64,000 nucleotides of DNA from Balanoglossus misakiensis (Eukaryota > Animalia > Hemichordata), in contig CM082581.2 of assembly GCA_040954595.2 (NCBI GenBank), positions 12,398,286-12,462,285 on the forward strand. Reading direction: 5' to 3'. Shown here one piece after another: positions 1 through 13,010 of the stretch. A program made the translations under genes and the position numbers. Below the pieces are notes generated by a model. The model was not told the origin of the DNA. It saw only the letters and a program-made list of their open reading frames with translations, and ran no database searches. Position 1 is the stretch's first letter. Each line of letters begins with the position of its first letter.

Positions 1-2603
1 GATGATAACAGTGGGGAGGGTGGTGCAGAAGATTTAGTGAAGTAGTTGCTACACGTTACCTCTTTGTTGCTATTCTGCGACGTCTCTGTAGTCCCGCATT
101 CTACAGATGGTGTCTGTTGGGGGAAAAATTGGGCATTTGCAGGGTGTGAGAAAATATTCTCAAAAGTTTACCAGTACACCTGCTAAATAGTCACATGATC
201 ATGATCCCTGCTTGACCTTTGACCCTGGCATTTCCATTGCCGTATCCAAAAGCTTGATATTCTGTTCAACTTGTGTGTACTGAATTGCTAACTCAACAAC
301 TCTGACATTGAGCAGAGCAGAATGCTATGACAACTGGAAGAGCATGTTGATTCATTCTTTCTTTGAATTCCTGTCTTTCAGACCACCACCACCACCACCA
401 CCCCTAGCAACAGCGTCCACAAATTTACCTCTGTTGGAGTCTCAGTACCGCTATCACTCTCAGTTTTGTCTTCTGCTCCTGACCCCGTTCCAGACTGCTG
501 TGAAGTCTGCTTGACTTGGAAGAGCCTTAGATTCTGCATTCTCTTCTTTGACTTAATGGGTGGCTGTGGCACTGGTTTACCTGCAGGTTTAGCTTTTAGT
601 TTCAGGGTCAAGTGGAAATGTGATAAAAACACAAGAAATATTGTCAAACGACAGAAAATGTCTGCAAAAACAAAATTGCATTTTACTATACATGTGAACA
701 CTCATCCATTCCAAACAGAACTGTAACATATAGTTCAGCAAATGTTTCAACTGGTGGACATTTACAGGGGGTGTCACAACTTACCAGCACTGGCAGCTGC
801 TGCTTTGGCCTCACTTGCCTGTCTCATGGCTTCCGCAGCCTCAGCTGATGCCTTCTTCTGTCTGTAAAACACACCATGAAATAACGAACCAATTATGGCA
901 TTGGATACTTTGTAGTTCAACCAACGGAACCCTAGGAAAGGCAAAATGGTCTTCTAGTTCTCTGTAAAAAGGTACAATTTCAATGTACACAACATGGCCA
1001 CTTACTTGACAATGTCTTCCCAAACCAACTTGAGTAAATGATCTGCTTCTCCTCGGCGTATTTTCTCAGTTTCTGTCTTCAGTTTTCTATATTGTTGTTG
1101 ACTTTCTTCGATCTGCCTCTTCAATTCTTCGACTCTTTCATGGGTCAACTTCTTCACAATGAGATCACCAGGCGTTTCCACCTCGCCGCGATCACTGCTG
1201 CGCTTACGCCTGGATTCAAAGAAATGGGTGATACATAAAAGGCAATGTCAACAATGAAGAAAAAGCCCAGAAGAGACTGATTTAGAAATTAGGATAGGCA
1301 ACATATGGTTGTTTTGAAAAATGAACAACTTACTTTGGTGTTTCCACTGTCTCTAGCAGTTCTGAATACTGGGATGCACAGTTCTGTGAAAGAAATTGAC
1401 ACTGCATTAGTAATAAGAATAGAGGTATCATTTTCTTATGACATCAAAGTGCTAAATATAAAATCTGTTAAACTGCTAGCCCACTAGCTGAACTTAAAAC
1501 ATACCTTCTGTGAAAACCAATCGGGAGGTCTTGTTGATTCCGCAAAGGGTTTTATTGCTCTACTTACAGACACCCTAAAAGTAAGAAATGAGACAAACAA
1601 ATACTGGGTTACATTTTTACTGCTTGAATTCAAAAGTGGAGTTTATTTTCAATTACACATATTCCTAATCCATGCACTTGAATGCAACATAATTTTTGAT
1701 TCTCACCAGTTTTGATCTCCACTTCTCATGACAGACGAGGCAAGACACAACCTTTCTCTGATGGACCATTTCTCGGTTGGAGCACTTCTGCCAGCAACTG
1801 GGGTTTCTGTGCACAGAAAATGTAATATATATTTTTGATAAAATTTATCAACAATCAAGTGATTGCACATTTTCAGCCAATTGACAGATGCAGGTTTCAT
1901 TATTTTTTTAATAGGAATCATCACATTCACTTATATTTTTTATTTGCCAGAAGTATATTTAACATTTATTTGATATTACCCTGCAATGCATTGTGGGGTA
2001 AATGGGATGTGCACAAGAGATTAGTGTCAGTGTATCAATCTGTATTGTTATGAAGAATTACCAGCATAGAAAACTACATGTATAATTCTAATCTGAATTT
2101 CAAAAAAATGATGTGACCTTCGTATGACCTAGGTTCTTGTTGACAAACATGTCAAAAAGTAACCCCTTAAGTTTGTGGAAATTTAAACGACTGGTGATGT
2201 GACCACCCAACTGCACGAAAAAATATTACGACAGCCAAGAACATTTACTGACGCGATATTATCGAGGAAAGAAACGGCGGAAAACTCAAAACAAAATAAA
2301 TTTCGTAGAGACATAGAATAGAGGAAAGAAATCGACGAATATCAAATGGGTTTCGCGATCTCCCCTCATTACCCGCCATGCCTTTTCTCGGAGACCCTAT
2401 CGACAAAACAACAGAGCATGCAACAGAAACTTGCCGACCATTCTTTCAATATAACGCAAAGGGGCGATCGCAATGAACCATGGGGTGCCTTATAATTGGA
2501 ACTCCCCAAAACACTATCTCGATTGTCCTCGACAGGCAGGAGAGGCTTGAAATTAGGAAAACTCCGAGGCATTGACAGAATACTTACTTTGAACAGCCGC
2601 CAT
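1..2603 (-). CDS. BRD8: Bromodomain-containing protein 8 (NuA4/TIP60 subunit), 5' part; spliced, continues beyond window start
   Basis: ATG at 2603-2601 (MAAVQ|gtaagt). Spliced exons at about 2373-2396, 1707-1806, 1505-1574, 1334-1383, 1007-1209 and 785-861 give WSIRERLCLASSVMRSGDQNWVSVSRAIKPFAESTRPPDWFSQKNCASQYSELLETVETPKRKR, closely matching the BRD8 N-terminus as recalled. Confidence 0.93.
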
Positions 2604-2739
2604 TTTGTGATGTTCACCCTATTCACAAACCGCGTCGTGAATTTTTCGACGAAACCTCTTGTGGGTATGCATGATGGGTATTAAGAAAATGAGGGTATCG
2701 GGTACATAACCATCATTCGAGGTCAAAGGTTAAATAACA
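2604..2739. promoter_or_regulatory. Bidirectional promoter BRD8/EXOC4 with ZNF143/Staf-like site
   Basis: Only 136 bp separate the divergent ATGs. The region is CpG-rich and carries TACCCATCATGCATACCCAC on the minus strand at 2661-2680. YY1-like AAnATGGC overlaps both start codons. Confidence 0.7.
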
Positions 2740-5700
2740 ATGGCTGCCAATATGGGAGACAGACAGAGGGTAGGGAGTCGTCCGAAGGAAACGGTAAAAA
2801 TAAAACATTATCTCTGGACTGGCGACCTGTCGTTTGGCCAGGCTCTCTTTCACATCTATTCATTGAAATAGAATCGCTTTGTGTGTCGATCGAATCACCA
2901 TAAAATAAATTATGCATGTTTTATTTTTCAGTCAAGATTGATGTCTGTCATCAGAACTCTGTTGGCTAGGTAAGTGGACACGCCTTCTTCTGTGTCAAGT
3001 CATCATCTCTACGAACTAGCAAATCCTGGGCGCACAGACACTGTGATACACTTGCATCCAAGTCCAGTACTGTGTTACCTTTATTAGAGACAACCTTTCG
3101 CTTTATCGATGAGTACAAACCAACATTATTGCTTTTAAAGTGAAACAAACATTAATAAAAAAGTAATGAAATTGGTCACTTTTGATAATAATGATGTCTT
3201 TTAGTGTAATAATTTCCTTTTTCATTTTTAGTGAGGATTCAAAACAACGTGAAGTAGAAAAAAGAAAATTAGAAAATGAATACAAACAACTTGATAAGGA
3301 ACTGGGTAAACTTGTTGAAGGTAAGTGTCGACATGGTCATGTTCCTATATATTTTTGCTTTGCTCATTATATTTGCATATTGAATCAATCCATAAATAAA
3401 AACTTTGTGTTGTATATTTTCTATCAGAACATTACAGTGACCTACAAGTGACAGTTCAATCATTCAGTGGTATTTCAAGTAGGATTACCAAATCGAGGGA
3501 TAAACTTGCAACAGTGAAAGAAAACCTGACATCATGTAAAGCACTGCTTCACTGTAAAAGAGACGAGATTAGAAAACTGTGGCTTGAAGGTGTTGAACAG
3601 AAACAGGTGTTAGCACTGCTTCATCAGATGTAAGTTGGTATATTTTAACATCTACTGGAGTATTATTAGTGTTTGAAGAAAATCTTGACTCTGCCGTTCA
3701 CTGGCAAACTTTGATACACTTCAAAACACCAGGATATCTGATACACATCTTATAATTGAATTAATCTGTGGATTGCAGTGAAAATGTTAAAGAAACAACA
3801 CAGAAATTGGAGGAATACATGAGTAAGAAACACTATCTACATGCAACAGAGCTACTGACAGCTGCAGGTAAGATGATCTCAAATCATTTCTGGATTTTTC
3901 AATGACAGCATGATTGGTTGATTGATTGATTAATTTATAAGTATTTAAGTCACTAATTGTACTCTTAACCTGGCATGACAGAATATCCAGTTTTGGAAAC
4001 ACTGTGAACAATTACTGATAAACTCTGGTATCTTTTGTTTACTTTGAATCTATAGTTGAAACTCTTGAAGGGAGCCTTTCAGATGTGGATGCTCTCAGAG
4101 AATTACGAGCAGACTTACAGAAGAAACAAGCGGTATTTAATTCAAATTTTAGTTCTTAGATTGCACCAGTTACCATCCTTGTAAATATTCATGAGTTTTG
4201 TTGGTACAACCCCCTTACTCAAGCATCCTTGATCAAACAGTGAATTCTGCTTTACATTGTAACAGCAACTGCATGAAGTGTTGATAGACGAGCTTCACAT
4301 CCTCTTATATGACAAGTCAGCATCATTTACAAAGAATACCTTCAAGAGAGGTGGGTCGCACAGAGGATCTGGCAGAAAGGATGTGTCATCCACTCCGATA
4401 CGGAAACAGACTCTGCTGGAACAAGTCACTGCGCCTAGTGCCGGAGTCAAGGGTCTACATGCAAAGTCCCTAACAAGTGAGTTATCTGAATGTAGTTGAA
4501 AATGATCTGATGAAAATTTATGTGTGTGATAGCCATGAGATATGTTCTGGTGAATTGAGTATACAATGAAATGTTGCCTACATGTGTGTGTGGTGTGTAA
4601 TAAGCCTACATGTTTCGACGTTTGATGATTTGATTTTAGGAACTCCGATAGGGGGTGACTACTTTGACGATGAACCTAAACACATAATTGAGGATCTGAA
4701 TGACAATGCTGAAGAGGACAGCGTTCATTACATGTCTATCCTGATAGAATCATTGTATGTGCTCAAGAAATTACCTGAGGCTGTTGAGGTAAGTCTTTGT
4801 CATAACCAAGCATTGTGAATAAGGTAGTGTAGTTCTTGTGTGTAGCATAGGAACAGATGTATGGTGGTTTGATGTTTTGTATCTGCAGTATTGGTGATGA
4901 CATTATGTAATTAATAGTTTTTTGTGTTCTTACAACAGGCTATAAAAAGTCGGATGCAAGGAGAGTTAAAGAAGATCATCGACAGAACAACAACTGATAT
5001 TCTTAATAAGTAAGTCAACATAAATTTTATATCACAAAGAGTCAATGGATACAGGTGGTGAACCTGGCACCCACTTAGATAACGTTTGAGAATGGCTGTG
5101 ATAGTTTGACTGTTGATGTCAGGGCAGATTGGCCAAAGCACATGGTATTAAATAGAAAATCTTTCTTTTATCTTTATCAGTGTCAATCAGAGAGGTGAGC
5201 CAGTCCCCAAACAAGACAAACCCAAGTTATTACTGGAGTTGCTAGAGTTACTGTTTGAGAAGTTTCGCTGTGTTGCTTTGGCACACATGTTGACACAGAC
5301 TGCCCTTAAAAGAATCAAGGTATGTAATACCAAGGCCATGACTGAGTCATTGCTCAGTGTGAGGTTAAAGGTCATGGACACAGCTGTTTTCATCCATCAC
5401 AAATAGTGCAGTCCTCATTTCAACTTGTGAATCCTGGAATGTGAATGGGATGGGAAGATTGCGTCTTGTATGTGGTGTGGTCTGCTGATGTGAATCAAAT
5501 TACAAAATGTGAAACAGTAAGCAATGTGCGTTTTGTGGTCTGCAGAGATGTTAAAATGTATGAGTGCAGAGGAGAGACTCAGAGTAGTCTCTGTGATACG
5601 TGATGGTTAGCTGTGTCATTTATGTCACTGTAAAAAATATGTGTGTTTGAACTGTGACCTGTCATAATGCCCTTTTGTCCTTTCATAACAAATTTTCATA

Positions 5701-8700
5701 GACTATAAACATAAACTTTCATCTTAAAAGTTAAATTATAATGATACAAGTAATAACACTCATCATTACATTACCCTTAATTTTGTCCCATGCTACCTAT
5801 CCCTTTTTACAGAGGAGGTCTTCAGAGGAGGTAAGAAGTGCATGCCAATCAACAAACAAATGGCAATTGGCCAATCAGGTGACACTACGTAAAGGAGACA
5901 TGTAGTTAACACTCTTACTCCAGACTTAAAACAAAGATTGTTTGTGTTAGAATGGAAAATGACATCAGTAGACTGTTAAGAATTTTGTGTGTAGAATTTT
6001 GATGGGAAAGTACATATATGCCATTTTCTCTCAAATTCTGAACACAATCAGTCTTTGCTTGGGAACTAAATCCTGGAGAAATAATCACCAGTAATTAAAT
6101 TGCTGTTTGCTTCACAAATAAGTAGTGGTGTTTTTCTTTTTATGGTGGAGGCTATCACATCTAACAATCACTTTTTTTCTGACAGGTTTTACCAACTTGC
6201 TTCTTTCCTTCCTTCCATATTATCATTTCAGATCATGTGCCGACTACTTCTTGCCATATACAAATACTTATATCACAAAAATTTCAGAACAGCTGTGAAA
6301 ATTATGCTCTTGTATTTGTCTGATTGATAGGGAAAAGGCTTGATTTCTCTCATGTTGACATAATGCTCAGAGAGAGGGAGACGGGTAGAATTCAAATGAG
6401 CGCTAGACTAACTCTCAGCTGCCCTGAAAGTTCTTGTTTTATGTGTATGTTTTGATAAGTTGGCAAGATTTTTATCTTAATTGCTCCGTCTGTGCCAGTA
6501 GATGAGATCAGCAGTCTCATGATGAATGAACCCAGCATGCTGTCTGAATCACCCAGTGAAACCTGACTTGCATGTCATATGGGTAGACTGACCGATTAAT
6601 CAACATTCCCAGTTGACCGTCTGAAAGTGCAGTCTGTAAGGTTTTATCATCTGTGAAAATATTTTGTACACACTGTCATGCATTGCTAACCATTGCGTTG
6701 GCAATGGTTAGAGTTGCATGAGAACCGGTGAACTGGGAAAAGAGCGCCCCAAGTGGTGAATCTTTAACTCTCCTAGTTATAGGGTACCCCATCCTCCCTG
6801 CATGTAGAATGGTATTGCCTGATACTAGAGACCCACAGCACTTGACAACACCAGCTATTGGAAGATGCCACTAATCAACATGCTTATGCACTGTCTGTCC
6901 AGAGGGTTTGATGTACTACTGTTACTGACTCCAGGTTCAAACATCCATAAATGTTTGTAGTTTCTTTGGTCTCTGAAAAGACACAGTTTATGTCAGAATT
7001 TGCTGTTCAAAATTGAGATTGATGTTATACTGGTGTGGAAAAAGATCATGTAGTCAGTTTTGAATTAAAGTTACTCTACAGAGTACATCAAATCTTTCCA
7101 AGTAATAAATGTAATGTGAATGAACAACTGCAAGTATTCTTATCAAGCATTAAGTATTATTTGTAACACATATGCAAGTAACACCAGCTCAAATAACCAC
7201 CACTGCAATTAGCTGTAGATAAAGTAAACTGGATGCAATATCCAAGAGTAATCCTAAAAGCTGTAGTGATATAATTTGCATAACATAACTGCAGTGTGTG
7301 CATCATGTTAAACTTTGTTGTGTATTATAACAGACATGGAATTCTAATTGTAAGGATATCTAACTTCTGTGTGTGAATTCATCTTGCAACTGCTGTAAAT
7401 TGTTTTGAGAATAACTGTCTATTATGACAGATTTGAAAAGTTGTCCCTTCTTGTCATTTGTCATAATTCTCATTTTCAATTTTTTTTGCCAAAGAACACT
7501 TAATATATCATGAGAAGTTTTTATCCCTAAGAGTAAAATGGAGTCGAATGATCAAGCTTCATCTGTGCCAATATTTTGTTTGCGTTCCTTCCACATATAG
7601 TTTACCGGACTCTGTCTTATTTGTAGACTAATTCCAGATTGTTCTCTTCCATCCACTTTCCATCATTGTTTTCACAGAACTCTGCATCTCAAGTACCAAA
7701 CACAGAGTTTGAGTTGTATGACATGCAAGAAGTGTGGTCCAAGATACAAGCGTCAGTAAGTGTGCCTTTGGTATACCTCTTCCCTCCTCCATTTTGCATT
7801 GGATTGGTTCAGCCCCAGCATTGATAACAATAAAAAATTGTAATTTCTATTTTCAGTTACAAATCTTACTTGGAGATTACTTGGACGTGAAGAATACAAC
7901 GTCAACAAAACAAGAAACACCGACAACATTCACCAACACAAACATGTAAGTATTAGTCACATCCAGTTTTGTCATGTTCAGATTTGGCTGTATTAAGCTA
8001 AGAAAATGTTCACTGGTATGGATGTTGTTTACAATTACAGGGATGTTGGGACGTATTTCTCCAAAAGAAGACCACATCGACCGAAAATGTCGCTTTTCAA
8101 ATTTGAACAGTCTTCACATGCAATTAGCATGAATAATTATCTGCGAGAACAGAGGCAGCCTGGATTTTATGGACTGGTATGTACCCATAGTCGCCACAAC
8201 ATCTAGTCTGTTATCTTGTCCTGTTTGTTGTTGCTCTGTTTTATGCAAGCAAAATACAGAGAAAGACAAATTTTCATCTGTGTTTATTTACAGGACACAG
8301 AGAAACAGGAGCAAGATATTGATGAACCCAGATATGTCTGTGATCCATCTGCAAGAAACATCACTGAGATATTCAACCCTTTGAGACTTTTCATCAGGGA
8401 AATTGAAGCAAACAGTGGATGTACAGCAGGGTAAAGTGACATTTGTGATATGTGAAGTTGTCATTAACAATAGATGCTGTTTTGTTAAGAATCATTTCTG
8501 GGTCTCCTGAAAAAGAAAGATTATGAGATCACACTTTACCATAAGAAACAATGCGTTTGGACTGAACCATGGTAGTGAAAGGGTTAAACCCTCACTCATT
8601 TGCTGCATCATTTTCTGTCTTTCCAGGTCTCACTGCACATTACACGGCTTTATATCAGACTTCATAAAGGACATATTCCTAGGTCAAGTTCACTGTGAGA

Positions 8701-11263
8701 TCAACTCCAAAATTGAACTCGTAACTAAAGGTAAGTTCAGATGTGCATGTACAAAACTGAAATTACACAAGCATGATGTAAATTCATTCTTCTAAATTGT
8801 TGCATACAAAAGAACATTATTCACAAATAAATAAATTTGGTGAAATTTTTGACAGGCGGTGATGGACTGAAAAGTTTGACAGATGCCTCAACTCAGAAAA
8901 TCCTTGGTGTATCCAAGCCATTGTTACAGGTAAGATTAGATCAATTTTAAACTAGGAATATTAAAAGCTATGGTCTGAATGTCCAGGCTATTATATGTTT
9001 GCATGCTCGGTAGAAAAGATTGCCATTGACTGTAGTGTCTCTACCATGACTGAGTTTGTGTGTTTGTTTGTTCCTCCAGAGCACCATCACAGTGGAGAAA
9101 GCAGTGAGTGAATTACGAGAACTGATGAAATCTTTGCCAGCTTACGCTGACCAATTCCTTGCAATGATATGCAAGGTTTTGCAAGAATACAAAGATATAT
9201 GTCATAATGCATATAGAGGTATGTACAATAAATAGTTCTTAGGTGTCTGAATGCACTGATTTGAGACTGACTGTACTGTGTGTCTTCAGTACTTGCCGAG
9301 GGCCTTTTCAGTAGATGTTTTCTCCCCCTGCAGGAATTGTTCAGCCTGAAGCAGAAGACAAGAGAATCATCAGTGCTACCTGGGCCAAAGACGAAGATAT
9401 CTCTCGATTGTTGAGATCACTGCCAAACTGGACTAATCTACAGAAACACAGAAAAGAAAATGCGGAGATCGAGGTGGAAAGTGTGGATGATATCAGAGCT
9501 AGAAATACCAAAGTGAGTTGGTTGTGTCTTTGCAAGGTCTTCTCTGGCTGGCAGTAAATTCCTTCTTTGTTATTGCACATTCATCTGTAATAACTTGGTG
9601 ACAGCAAACACCATTTTCCCAGCCACACTCATGTCTAGATGAAATTTCTACACATTTTTATTTTAGGAGTCAGAGTTATTGATTGGTAATCTGGGTGATA
9701 AAGTCATTCCTAAACATGAAGTTTTGCTGGATGTGAATGATCTGAAGGTGTTAGCTAATCTACATGAAAGTTTAGTAAGTATCATCTTGTACTTTAGGCT
9801 AGATTAAATATTTTACTCGACCATCATAATTGTGGATTCAACAAAGAAATGTACCACTTGTTCACTGCTGTACCTTGTCCATATATTGTAGTACATATAT
9901 TGATAAACAGAATGTGTTGGTTTGTAGGAATGGTTTACCGGCAGAATTCAGAGCCTGGCATCACAGCTAGCCAGCTCATCAGCAGTCATTCTGACAGTGG
10001 AAAACAGACCAAATGTAAGTTCACTTCCTCTGGTTATACTATTGAGTTTGTAATGTGTGAATGTAATATGTGCAGGTTTGTTCAAAACTGTTGGGGAACA
10101 GGTCAGCATTAGTCATGATGAGAGGTAGACATATAGCTTCAAGACACGGGATACAGAATCTGTGTAACTTCTTACTCCAAAACACTTTTACATTTCCATG
10201 CTGACAGCCATGATCCATCCTCTTCATTCCAGGATATCCCGATACTTCCAGAGCCATCCTTGCAGTCACTAGTCAGTCTTGCCAGAGAGTTCCAAGACAT
10301 GGCAGAGACATGTCTGCTGGTTTTACATTTGGAGATTCGAGTGCATTGCTTCTTTTACCTGATGCCGACTCTAATGCAGTCTAGCTATTCCTTCAACACT
10401 GACACTCCTGATCCAGAAAGCAATGTTGTAAAACTGAACAAGGATTTAGTGGCAATAGAAGAGGCTCTCAGTGTTAGCCTACAGCAGCATAAATTTAAGT
10501 AAGTCAACAACTGAAATTATCTTTAATTTGTGAAATAAAGTTGTAAAGAGACCCGGTTGTGTTATATGTCCAGATATCCTACAATAGTAATTCATGTGTT
10601 TAAAACCTTAACGAAAAGAAAAAATAATTCACTCTTTTTGTTTTCCTACAGATATATTCTTGAAGGTATGGGTCACCTTATAGGATCCATTCTGGTCAAT
10701 GGTGCTCAGTATATCAAAAGAATGAATGAATATGGTATCAAGAAAATGTAAGTGTCTTGAATATCCTCTGAAATAAAAATGTTATTAAGGTAAATTCAGT
10801 TCTGCCAGTATTGTTTCTTTTATGTTTAAGTCCAGCGTATAATGTTATTATATCTTTGCATTGCAGTTGTCGTAATATATTTAGTATACAGCAGAACCTG
10901 ACCAATATTACCATGTCTAGAGAGACAGACCTAGACAATGCGAGGCAGTACTATGAACTTCTGGATGTCGATGCTGATGTAAGTAAAGCTAAATTCTCAC
11001 TCAGCAAGCCATCATTTAAACCACCGAGAAATTCTTGGTCTTGTGAGTTTTTGGAGTGTGTGAATCATTCTGCATTTTCTTTCCATTATGTTTTGCAGGA
11101 TATTCTAGACAAGATAGTTGTTCAGGGGCCTTCCTTTGATGAGCTGCAGTATCTATTTCTACTGCGACTCCAGCAAAGAAGCCATGCAGGATCTGATCCA
11201 AAGCTTCTGACAAAGAGGGAACAGAGACTACGGGAAATCATGAAACAAGCCAACGGAATTTAA
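2740..11263 (+). CDS. EXOC4: Exocyst complex component 4 (Sec8), multi-exon
   Basis: ATG 2740, TAA 11261-11263. Exon peptides include [140 protein letters not shown]. Confidence 0.95.
5813..5830 (+). other. Candidate 18-nt cassette microexon of EXOC4 (RRSSEE)
   Basis: ccctttttacag|AGGAGGTCTTCAGAGGAG|gtaaga inside the phase-0 intron 5320-7677. It is frame-preserving, and TGCATG lies at 5839-5844. Confidence 0.7.
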
Positions 11264-12000
11264 AATTCCATCTCAAGCTTGCAACAGATTTTTATTTGTA
11301 TAAAACAGAGCTTATTTTATCGAGATAATACATGTATAATACATGTAATGTAACAATTATTGCAGCAAGAGAATCGCGAGAAAGACACTGTTAGTGAATG
11401 GGGTATCTTTCCCTCTCTCTTATGTTGGAGACACCATTTTTGTTGATTTTTGTCAAGCAAAATCATGCAGCTATTCTAAAATTGTGTTGTGAATAGTCTG
11501 AGGTAAAATTGTTTTCCACTGTCATGTGCGTTACAAAACGAGATGAGACGTGAGCATCTTTTACAGTGAAAAGATCTGTGTAAATATTGTAAAATGACCA
11601 CTATTTCTGTCATTTAGAACTGCTTTGCCTTGTGTTAGTAAGCTAGTAACATTATGTGCAATCTTTTATGCAATAAAATATACAAAAAGCCACAAATTTG
11701 TTAGACATTTCCATCCCTGGCACTTGTACACATCGCTTAACCAACAGTCGCACACAAGAGGTAATTATCAAAAACATGAAATATGTTTATTTCTTATATG
11801 TATAACATACATACAGTGCAAAGGGCATTGATGTAATAACCCATGAGGAAAGGCCATCTAAGGCACTGTGCATTGCCTCATCGATTTTACAGTTTTACTC
11901 TTCCTTGTCCCCAGTAAAACTAAAAGTTGTTTTAAATATTCACAATAAAATAACAGCTGTTACAGTAATTTTAATACAAAACGTTTGAATACAGTGTAAA

Positions 12001-12696
12001 TTATTTATTATATTTTGATATAGTGTCTTTCATTCTGGCCATCACTGCGGGTAGTAGGCCTATATGCTTGTCTGCACATTTACTGAGACACTGTTCCATC
12101 TGGCTTCTCATCATGGCTTCGTTAGTGTTGCCCCTGGCAACCAAATCTTTGAGGTCATCTTGACACTGCATGGCGCAGCGCTGAAGGCGATCCTGCAAGA
12201 ATTATGGAGAAACTGCAAATCAGATCTTTTCATGATTATGTTTCGGCATTTAATTTTTCATTCGCAAGATCCATTTCAGAAGGAACACATCTACACCATT
12301 GGCTGGATTCTTACCTGGAAGTCACTTAATTCATTCTGTACATGAGCCTGGGCTTGTTGTAGGGGCACTGAACACTGCTCTATGCATCTCTGTGCACCCT
12401 CCATTGAATAGGACGGGTTCTCACAACATTTAGCAGAACATCTATGCATGTTAGCCTGTTGAAACAAACACACAATTTCGGCTTACTAATGTAAAATACT
12501 ATGGAGACATGGCTATGTTTGAGATTGAATTCCTCGCTTACATGCGACTCACTTAGGTATTGCTTGTGCAGTTATATTCTAAGGACATACACGAATGGCA
12601 TTTCCATACCTGCATTTTACGGAGATGTTCTCTGTCGAGTTCTTCAACCGATTTCTTTACCGCATTCTCCACACGTGCTTGTATCGCCTCCGCCAT
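12001..12696 (-). CDS. FAM136A: Protein FAM136A (mitochondrial twin-Cx3C protein), 3 exons
   Basis: Exons at about 12610-12696, 12314-12456 and 12001-12193: [43 protein letters not shown]...QRCIEQC...FQDRLQRCAMQCQD...CLSKCADKHIGLLP. Confidence 0.92.
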
Positions 12697-13010
12697 CTTG
12701 TAAGGTGAAAGGTCATGCAGTAGTACATGGCACACTTAGCTTCGTCCTATTTTTTCCTGTAGATTTTCAAAAAACCTAGGGGGCACTTTCAGTCCGAGAC
12801 TGGTATCAGGGGGCCACACCATCAGCAGTGATAACCAAAATTCCACACGGTGGACTAACTCATTTTACGTCATTTTAAGCGTGAGTTATCAGTGATACAC
12901 ATACTTTGTATAATATGCGAGCAATAATCCAAAAAGAAAATAAAGAATACACGAAAAGTAATTCTTGTTTTAATTTAGAAGTACACCCCCTTATGCTGTC
13001 AACTTTCGAC

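Noticed and set aside
6510-6570. Possible C/D snoRNA in the EXOC4 intron (ATGATGA...CTGA)
   Set aside because: Only about 47 nt from C box to D box, a weak terminal stem and no recognisable antisense element.
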